Assembly: GCF_001194135.2 (NCBI RefSeq)
Contig: NC_068996.1
Span: 6,230,347 to 6,288,226, forward strand
From: Octopus bimaculoides
Lineage: Eukaryota
Direction: 5' to 3'
Length of the DNA: 57,880 nt
Shown one piece after another: positions 48,558 through 57,880 of this stretch. The notes below the pieces were generated by a model. That model had not been told where the DNA came from, searched no databases, and saw only the letters and a list, made by a program, of their open reading frames with translations. The position numbers and the translations under genes are program-made. Position 1 is the stretch's first letter, and each line of letters begins with the position of its first letter.

Positions 48558-50989
48558 AGAGGGACCAGCTATCTGAATTGACAGTAGCTTGGTAGATAAA
48601 GCAATTAAGGGTATGAGGACAGAGAAAGCCCCTGGCACATCAGGAATCACTGCTGAGGTGCTTAAAATATCTGGTGGTGTAGGCTATAGACTAGTCACCC
48701 GCATACTCAACCAGGTGATACATGGAGTCATACCCAATGACTGGTGTAGCAGCACCATAATCAACTGCTACAAAGGTAAAGGTGACGCATTAGATAGGAA
48801 TAATTACAGAGGTATCAAATTGTTGGATCAGGTGATGAAAGTCACAGAGAGGGTCATAGCCCAGTTAGAGAGAGAGTTAGTTTAGATGAGATGCAGTTTG
48901 GTTTTGTGCCAGGAAGAAGCACCATTGATGCTATATTTCTGGTAAGACAGCTTCAGGAGAAATTCCTAGCCAAAGATAAACCTCTGTACCTGGCTTTTGT
49001 TGACATGGAGAAAGGATTTGACAGGGTCCCCTGTTCTCTTATCTGGTGGTCAGTGCAGAAACTAGGGATAGATGAGTGGTTAGTGAGGGTTGTACAAGCC
49101 CTGCTGTCATTAAGGTGAGGGCTGGCAACGAGTATAGTGAAGAATTCCAGGTAGGAGTAGGGGACAACCAAGGATCAGTCCTCAGCCCCCTCTTATTCAT
49201 CATAGTCCTCCAGGCAATAACAGAGGAATTCAAGACAGGATGCCTCTGAGAGCTCCTCTATGCTGATGACCTTGCTCTTATTGCTGAGTCACTACCAGAA
49301 CTAGAGAAGTTTCAGGTGTGGAAGCAAGGTCTAGAATCAAAGGGCCTTACAGCCAATCTAGCAAAAACCAAACTTTTAGTAAGTAGGAAGGCAGACAATT
49401 CACAAACCCCTTCAGGTAGATGGCCCTGTTCAATATGTAGAAAAGGTGTAGGTAGTAACTCTATAAGATGTACCCAGTGTAAGCTGTGGACACATAAAAG
49501 GTGCAGCAATATCAAAGGAAGGTTAATTGGGAAAATAGTTTTTGTGTGTGGCAATGCACTAGGGCTGGCATTATCTTCACTTTAAATGACAGCTGGCATT
49601 ACCTTCACTGAAACGACGGAGGATGCGGGGAGATCTCATCCTGGCTTTCAACATCTTCAACGGGAATGTAAACCTACCATTTGTAGAGATTTTACCCCTG
49701 AGCTGAATAGGGGTCTTCGTGGGCCTGATTGCAAACTCTATCCCCGACATCTTCGACTCAGCAGGCAGAAGGCTGCATTCTCCATCTGTATTGCAGCCCC
49801 GTGGAACAAGCTACCACAAAATGTCATTCAACTGCCCACCACTCCCTTGTTCAAAGAGGCTCTCAACAACTGTGGTAACTATGTATATAACTGTAACTGT
49901 TTTTCTTTTTTACATGGCTTAAGCACATTGAGCTTTTCTCCTGCCAATAAATTTGATTTGATCAATAAACACTGAAAATGTGCAGAAAACAGCTTCCATC
50001 GTATGCCAGGAGGAAAAACTAGAAGTAGTTGATAGCTTCTGTTACCTAGGTAACCAAGTCAGTAGCCGGGTGGATTCTCTGAGAGTGTAGCTGCTAAAAT
50101 AAGAATAGCCTGGGCGAAGTTCAGAGAGTTCCTACCTCTGCTGGTAACAAAGGGCCTCTCAGAGTGAAAGGCAGACTGTATAACACGTGTGTGAACAGCC
50201 ATGCTACATGGCAGTGAAACATGGGATGTGACAGCTGAGGACGTGTAAGCTTGAATAAAAAAATGAAGCTAGGATGCTCTGCTGGATGAGTAATGTCAGT
50301 GTATAAGTTCCCTGAAAGAAAAGTTGGACATAAGAAGCATCAGATGTGTGCAAGAGAGACAACTGTGCTGGTATGGTCATATGTTATGTATGGATGAGGG
50401 CAACTCTACGAAGAAGTGTCACACCCTAACAGTAGAGAGAACCTGTGGAAGAAGTAGACCCAGGAAGACCTGGGATGAGGTGGTGAAGCACGACCTTTGA
50501 ACATTAGGCCTCACCGAGGCAATGACTAGTGACCAAGACCTTTGGAGATATGCTTTGCTTGAGAAGACCCAGCAAGCCAAGTGAGATCGTAGCCATGGCC
50601 TATGCCAGTGTCGCATAAACGGTCCATTTAAGAGTACCCTTCAATTGTTGGGCAATATGCTGAACTTGAGAAGACCTGTTGAGTCAAGTGAAATTGTTGT
50701 CTTTACTGACGCCAGTACTGCCTGAGTGGCATGTAAAAAGCTCCATTCAAGTGTGGTAAGCATCAGTGCAACCCGACTGGCTTCCATGCCAGTGACATGT
50801 AAAAAGCACCCACTACACTCTCAGAGTGGTTAGTGTTAGGAAGGGTATCCAGCTGTAGAAACATTGCCAGATCATATTGGAGCCTGGTGCAGCCTCCTGG
50901 CTTGCCAGTCCTCAGTCGAACCATTCAACCCATTCCAACATGGAAAGCAGACGTTAAATGATAATGTTGATGATGATGATGATGATGAC
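48558..50989 (+). mobile_element. 5'-truncated, degenerate RTE-clade LINE (reverse transcriptase, 3'UTR, (GAT)n tail)
   Basis: RT motifs YRGIKLL, FVPGRSTIDAIF, LAFVDMEKGFDRVP, QGSVLSP, YADD (49259..49270) and HGSETW, with stops and frameshifts; ends in gatgatgatgac. Confidence 0.93.
49564..49960 (+). mobile_element. CR1/L2-type LINE 3' fragment inserted into the RTE element
   Basis: Encodes LPSLKRRRMRGDLILAFNIFNG and LRG..KL...AAPWNKLPQNVIQ...FKEALN, typical of the CR1/L2 ORF2 C-terminus. Ends in AATAAA-TTTGATTTGAT, after which RTE sequence resumes at caataaacactgaaaatg. Confidence 0.8.
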
Positions 50990-51879
50990 CAGAGTATAAA
51001 TATAATGGTGACACTTAAAAAAAAATTTTGTTTAAAAATCAAACTTACAAATTTCCTGATAAACAAGTGGTCATATTTTGCTCACTACGCATGTAGACGT
51101 GTGGGTACATAGATACATACATAGATATATACGCAGTTATACAACCGTGTGTGTGTGAGCGTACAGTAATGGATTCGAGAGTTTCGATTATTTACAGTTT
51201 GATTTCTTAATTTCACCGGAGTATAAATACCTGTAATGGTGATACTTAAAAAAAAGATAAAAAATAGAATTTTAAAAAATCGAACTTACAAATTTCTCAA
51301 AAGGCAAGTAGTCACATCATTTTATTCACTTTCTTTTTCATATGAAGTGACCCTCATCTGCGTGTGTATAGATCATGGTGTACCTATGCTCGTAGGCACA
51401 TGGGTACATACATACATAGATATGTGACTGAACATGGGTGTCTGTGTGTGCATATGTGTGAGTGTACAGTGATGGATTCAAGGGTTTTATTTATGAGTTG
51501 GTTTCTTGATTTCACCAGATTATATGGTGATACTTATCAAAAAAAAAAAAGAAGCTTAATTCAGTTCAATTAAAAGGCATGGGTAAGCAACCTATTGTAA
51601 ACCACACTATATAAATTTATCTGTGTGCAGGGTATGCATCACCCCTCCAATGCCTTTTTTTTTCATTTCTTTCTGTTTGTCAACTGAGAATTCTTATTTG
51701 TTTGGTGTCACATTTAGTAAAAAAAAATTCCATTGGGGTTTCTATATAAGAACGCAATCCATTCCAGAGCCATGTTCATCAATCAAATTGATTGTTAGGT
51801 GAATAATTGAAATACACTGAACCACAAAAGCAACGGGAGACGTGTGTGACTGTGAAATATGTTTTAATTTCATTATGTC

Positions 51880-52275
51880 AGAGATAAATTTTGATAAATC
51901 TAATAAAGTCAATTGCTTGGATGCACTTTGACCACAGTCCATGGGTCATTGTCATGTGTTCTGGTAGTGGGCGGATCCAGCACATCGAGATTGTAGGGTG
52001 TGACATGTTCAATACCGTGTATACCCTCCCTGGGTGTTCAAAACAGCCATACACCATTGGTACATGGAGTGCATGAAGCGGTTCACAAAAACCATTGGCA
52101 CCTGTGCCCACACCCTGAAGAAAGCTGCCTCTAGTTCCACACAAGTTGTTAGCTTTGGGACCACCTGGTTCAGTTGTCTCTGAATCCGAGCTGAGAGCTG
52201 GCCACAGCATGGTTCTGATGTTGTGTTGACGCAGGAAGTCCATAATAACCCTAGCTATGGTGACATGCAAAGTAG
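51880..52275 (-). mobile_element. Tc1/mariner transposase remnant
   Basis: Minus ORF 51878..52270 begins HVTIARVIMDFLRQHNIRTMLWPALSSD, resembling the Tc1 region H.A......L......L.WP..SPDLNPIE; it degenerates afterwards. Confidence 0.6.
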
Positions 52276-52718
52276 AATTTGAAATCAGAATGTAAAGATG
52301 GATGAAATGCCGCGATACTTTTTGCCTGGTGTGCTAATCATTCTGCCTTCCGGCCACCTTGTTAAAGGAAAATATTAAAATACCTTATAACATATGCTGT
52401 TATGTGATATTTTAATATTTGATATTAACCCTTTGCTTGACCTATGCATTCATTACATGTGATACATAACATATTTCTCAGGCATCCATGCATTATGTAT
52501 AATACACAATTCCAATTTTTTTTCAACCACCAGAGTAACTTGGAATTTACAAAAGGAAAGCTTTCAGAACGTGTGAAACAAAAGCTAACTAAAAATCTGA
52601 AAACAAGCATGGACATTTAAGACAAACTTATGAAAATGGATTAAAGACTTAATATAAATGTTACATAGAATGACAGGGTCCTAGTAATTTGAGTGAGATT
52701 TGTCTGCTATTTCTAACA

Positions 52719-52879
52719 GGCGCAGGAGTGGCTGTGTGGTAAGTAGCCTGCTTACCAACCACGTGGTGCCGGGTTCAGTCCCACTGCATGGCACCTGGGC
52801 AAGTGTCTTCTACTATAGCCTCGGGCCGACCAAAGCCTTGTGAGTGGATTTGGTAGATGGAAACTGAAAGAAGCCTGTC

Positions 52880-52966
<87 letters not shown>

Positions 52967-53150
52967 CTTGTGTGTCTGTGTTTGTCCCCCACCATCGCTT
53001 GACAACCAAACTTAGCAGTTCGGCAAAAGTGACTGATAGAATAAGTACTAGGCTTCCAAAGAATAAGTCCTGGGGTCGATTTGCTCGTCTAAAGGCGGTG
53101 CTCCAGCATGGCCGCAGTCAAATGACTGAAACAAGTAAAAGAGTAAGAGA
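52719..53150 (+). mobile_element. near full-length tRNA-derived SINE (family A) with internal (TA)n
   Basis: Head GGCGCAGGAGTGGCTGTGTGGTAAG with B-box-like GGTTCAGTCCC, body GGCACCTGGGCAAGTGTCTT, tail GACTGAAACAAGTAAAAGAG; many copies in the window. Confidence 0.9.
52881..52957. repeat. (TA)n microsatellite inside a SINE
   Basis: Seen directly. Other microsatellites: (TG)n 45317..45354, (CA)n 45452..45486, (CA)n 46169..46419 across a gap. Confidence 0.95.
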
Positions 53151-53414
53151 GGTCTTCTGTGATGCCACTTTTAAGAGTATAGAGGCTCTTACACAACACC
53201 AAATGGCATGTGTTGAAATTTTGTGTAGAGTAAATGTCATTTCATTTCCTTTTGTTTAAAAGTTCATTTTTTCATGTTTGCATGGGTTGGAAGGAAATTT
53301 AATGAAGTAAATTTTCTATAGCTGGATACCTTCCCTGTTACCAACCCTTCCCTGTTTCCAAGCAAAGATAATATTTCTCTATGGCCGGATATGATTTCAC
53401 AGAATATAACAACT

Positions 53415-53505
53415 ATTTACAACTATTATATGATATCAAGACAAGGACACACACTTATTTACAACTATTATATGATATCAAGACAAGGACACACACACAC
53501 ACACA
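53415..53505. repeat. about 42-bp tandem duplication (TATTTACAACTATTATATGATATCAAGACAAGGACACACAC)
   Basis: Two adjacent near-identical copies. Confidence 0.9.
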
Positions 53506-54785
53506 ACCGACGAGCTTCTTTCAGTTTCTGTTGACCAAATCCACTCACAAGGGTTCGGTCATCCAGGGGTTATAGTGGAAGACAACCAAGGTGTCATGCA
53601 GTGGGACTGAACCCGGAATTATGTGGTTGGGAAGCAAACTTCTAATCACACAACCACGTCTGCATCTATAATCTCTCAATAAAAAGAACCCAAAGTAGAA
53701 ATACTAACCAAATCTCTTAGCGCCAATCACGACATAATTTGTTATTTAATCTTCAAAGAAATTGGGGATATTCAAGAACCTTAACTCTTGTTATCCTTTG
53801 AAAAGTCAGTCCTGTTATGATTCTACTTGAAAGGGATGTCAGGGGAACGGATAAGAGTATTCTCCCTTGCATTACAATGTTCCTCACTTCCTTCTGCACG
53901 ATTCCCTATCTTATGCTTCAATCATTGGACTTGAAAGTTTTAGTGGAACAAAGCTTGCCCCGTACAAATGTTGTTTTTTTTTCTTCTTAAATCGGTACTT
54001 ATTCTATCAGCTCCTTTTGCTGAATTGCTCAGCTACAGGGACGTTAAGAAAAACCAACACTGGTTGTCAAGTGGTGGCAAGGAGGGAGTGACAAACATCA
54101 TCTTTTAACGTCCGTTAACAATGCTGGTATGAGTTAGATGGTTTGACTGAGGACTGGCAAGCCAGGAGGCTGCACCAGGCTCCAATTTGATCTGGCAAGA
54201 TTTCTACAGCTGGATGCCCTTCCTAATGCCAACCACTCAGAGTGTAGTGGGTGCTTTTTTACGTACCACCGGCACAGGAGCAAGACAGGCGGCACTGGCG
54301 TCGACCACGTTTGGATGATGCTTTTTACATGCCACCGGCACGGGGAGCCAGTCAAGTGGAACCGATAGATACAAAACACTCACACAAATATATACATGAT
54401 CACATGATCGACCAGACTATCAAATGTTACACATCACTGGTTACAATGCACTTTGCATTGTTTTAGCTTTTGAATAATGCTACCCCACTGCCTAGGCAAG
54501 CAAGCCAACATTCCCCACTGATCCGAAGGTCAGTCCATTTGCAGCTGAGAGAACTGGAGCAACATAAAATGAAACGTTTTGCCCCAAAACACAATGCATT
54601 GCTTGGTCTGGGAATTAACCCATGATTTAGCAATTGTGAGCATGATACCCCAGCCACTAGGCCCCATGTGCCTTCACACATACACACACAACAGTTCATC
54701 TCTTTATATTTTTCTCCCCTCATCTATCCTTTCCTATAGAAGAATGTAGGCTTGAACTGTAAAAGATTTCTTCCATTTTTCCTAT

Positions 54786-54991
54786 TTTACTCTTTTACTT
54801 GTTTCAGTCATTTGATTGCGGCCATGCTGGAGCACCGCCTTTAGTTGAGCAAATCGACTCCAGGACTTATTCTTTGTAAGCCTAGTACTTATTCTATCGG
54901 TCTTTTTTGCCGAACCGCTAAGATATGGGGACGTAAACACACCAGCATCGGTTGTCGAGCGATGCTAGGTGGGGACAAACACAGACACACA

Positions 54992-55035
<44 letters not shown>

Positions 55036-55200
55036 TACGACGGGATTCATTCAGTTTCCATCTACCAAATCCACTCACAAGGCTATGGTCGGCCCAAGGC
55101 TATAGTAGAAGACACTTGCCCAAGGTGTCACGCAGTGGGACTGAACCCGGAACCATGTGGTTGGTAAGCAAGCTACTTACCACACAGCCACTCCTACGCC
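54786..55200 (-). mobile_element. near full-length tRNA-derived SINE (family A), inverted relative to 52719..53150
   Basis: Reverse complement of the same head, body and tail. Confidence 0.9.
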
Positions 55201-55834
55201 TACAGGAGTATAAACCTGAGTATAAACCTAACACAACCTTTTTGTTGTCCTTTCACCTCATCTATGTGGTCCTTTTTTTTTTTAACCATATATACACGAG
55301 TAGCTTTCCAAACAGTTTCTGTCTACCAAATTCACTCACAAAGTATTTGTTGGCATGGTTGTATAGTAGAAGACACTTGCTCAAGGTGTCAAGCAATGGG
55401 ACTGAACCTAAAACCACATGGTTGCAAAGTATGCTGTAAACAAAATTGATGTGATTCTTGTAATATTGTTTGCTTCAAGTCTGACCGACTAATATGGTAC
55501 TGTTTTGAACAGAAAGGTAAGAATTAATGTAAATAATGCATTCATGGCTCAGTGGTTAGAACGTCAGTAGTAGTGAGTTCGATTCCTGGACTGGGCTGCA
55601 TGTTATGTTCTTGAGCAAGACACTTTATTTTACATTGTTCCAGTTCACTCAGCTGTAGAAATGAGTTGCAGTGTCACAGGTGCCAAGCTGTATCGGCCCT
55701 TTTGCCTTTCCCTTGGATAACATCCAAGGCATGGAGAAGAGGGGCTGGTATGCATGGGTGACTGATGGTCTTCCATACAACAACCTTGCCTGGACTTGTG
55801 CTAATGCATTCTAGTCTACTGGTTTAGTTGTGAA

Positions 55835-56110
55835 GGCATGTGGTTTAGTGGTTAAGGTATTTGGCTCATGATAGTAAGGTCGTGAGTTCAATTCTTGGCA
55901 GTGCATTGTGTCCTTGGGCATGGCACTTTATTTTAAATTACTGCAATCCACTCAGGTGGCAAAAATGAGTTGTACCTGTAATTCAAAGGGCCATTCTGTA
56001 TCATGTTGAATCTCTCTGATAACTACGCATGTCTGTGGAGTGCTCAGCCACTTTCATGTTAATTTCATGAGCAGGCTGGGACCCTCGTTATTGAAACTGA
56101 CAGAATGCCA
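55835..56110 (+). mobile_element. tRNA-derived SINE (family C variant)
   Basis: Same head, core and tail as 17180..17505. Confidence 0.75.
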
Positions 56111-57880
56111 GTTAGTAGGTTCACAAGTTTTCTTGTAACTTTATTTATTTGACACACAGTGGAGTTGTATAGTGATGACCATTCATTACAGACAGGAAAA
56201 AAAAACATGTCATTTAACATCAGCTTACAAATCCAAGTTTGTTTCAGAGACAGATTGGTCAAGTTTCTAGGTGTAAGAAATATCAAAACAATCCTTGGTG
56301 ATATATATCATTTAAGGACCAGGAAGTATTGAAGACACTGCCAAGTCAGGGTCCAAGAGAAGGGATTTTTAACAGGTTTCAGTAATTAATATGTGACCAT
56401 GTAGGAGTACTGTCGTCTGGAGTACATCCATCCTAGTAATTAATATATATGCAAATATACGTGTGTGTATGTACATATATAAATAATGTGTGTGCATTTA
56501 AAGCACTTGAGCAGTTTGTACAATGTATGTGTGGCCCTAATATTTAGGTGCATTACTTACAATATCCAAGGAGCACATATTTTCTGACCGTTAATTTAAA
56601 ATTTTTCAATCTTCTGATAAAGTGGCAATTATTATTACTGTTGCTGAATCAATTGTAAAGGCTTGAAATTTTGATAAATATATTTTCTCCTATTACATAC
56701 CCTACCTATCTATGAAATACTACAAGCAAATAAATTCAGGAAGAGATTACTCAAGCTACCGAAGGAATGGAATATACCATATTTGATGGCGTATAGGATG
56801 CACCCTAGCCTAGGCTATAATTTTGTAAAATAAATTACCACTAAAATAATGTTTTAACTCCTCCACTTACTTGTATAACTTTATGTTATTACTGGTAATT
56901 ATAAGCCTTCATCCTTTGGAGCTGACTGGATTCATGCCAATTCCACTAAGGCATTTCTGACCCACTTGTGTCCCCTCTTCTCATTGCCTTTGTTATATCC
57001 CCCACACCCATAAAGGCCCTGCACTGTATCTAGTTCTTTTCCAGAACACACAAACCCTCTTGAATTCCCTTCCTACTCATATCTTTCCTGTCAGTATTGG
57101 TTTTGGATTGTTCAAAGGGTTACATCAATAGCATCAGTCTCACCATTCTAGAAAAGCCTGCAAAGGTCATGGATACTATCCATTCCTCCAGACCCAGATA
57201 AAAAAAAAAAAAAATTCCAACAAAATAAACTACCAGCTGATATCTAAACGTTAACACAAAAAGAAAGAAAGAAAGGATAAAAAAAAATTAATCAAACCAA
57301 GACTGAATTATTTTTATATTTTAGTTTATTGAAATAAAGGCCTTTTACAAAGAGCATTCTTTGCTAGATTACGCAGAGCAAAGTAATTCGGGTAACGAGA
57401 GAGTATCTGAATGTTATAAGATGAAACCATAATTTATCTTTAAGGCACTAAATATTAAAAAAAGCCTCTCCCTGTGTGCTGATAAAGCAATAAGGTATCC
57501 CTTGAAAAGGTATCCCTTTTAAAGTGATTCGGAGAAAAATATCAGGAAATTCTGAGACAATAATAGATACCAAGAAGTTTTTTTTTTCTCATTTCACATC
57601 AAAGAAATTATTGTAATTTGCTTTACATACATACACACATATACACAAGCACACCCACACACACACACACATACATGTGTATAAAAAAAATCTCTCAGCA
57701 ATACCATTGAAACAAAAAAATGTCAAATCACTAAAACTTAAGGGTACCAGCATTTTAAATTCCTTGAAAAATATCAAGTTAAGCAAATCAAGCTAAACCT
57801 GATTCAAGATATTTCATTCCAAGCTGGAAGAGATGGCCTGCATCACATTCACTTTAATTTTTTTCTTTTAATGTTTACTA

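Larger units (their letters stand above)
48091..51660 (+). mobile_element. Helentron/DINE-1-like non-autonomous element (HINE), interrupted by an RTE LINE
   Basis: 13-bp subterminal inverted repeat TACCCTGCACACA (48093..48105) / TGTGTGCAGGGTA (51622..51634). An internal inverted copy GCAGGGTA lies at 48115..48122. There is an internal tandem repeat of about 240-300 nt (about 48240..48535, 51005..51245, 51246..51540) and a T-run at the 3' end. Confidence 0.65.

Overview
AT-rich animal genomic DNA, not prokaryotic. The repeat landscape (tRNA-derived SINEs, RTE LINE tails ending in (GAT)n, long TA/CA microsatellites) suggests an octopod cephalopod; that is an inference. There are four assembly gaps. 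The window holds one complete plus-strand gene: the beta subunit of the AP-1/AP-2 clathrin adaptor complexes (beta-adaptin). I assembled it by hand from 21 coding exons (7053..47141, 2796 nt, 931 aa plus stop), all with GT-AG introns and consistent phases. The rest is transposon debris and simple repeats: SINEs, RTE and CR1 LINE fragments, TTAA-type MITEs, a solo LTR, a Tc1 remnant and a Helentron-like non-autonomous element. The strongest new candidate is an in-frame 39-nt cassette exon (41430..41468) in the 12.3-kb last intron. It has a 165-nt AG-free pyrimidine tract and sits at the junction where human AP1B1, as I recall, has a 9-nt alternative microexon. A second splicing-signal block (TACTAAC, poly-T, UGC, AG, three RBFOX motifs) lies at 43081..43236. 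Downstream of the gene is a three-level nested transposon (CR1 inside RTE inside a HINE-like element). I found no CRISPR array, rRNA or genuine tRNA gene. Most ORFs in the supplied track are spurious.
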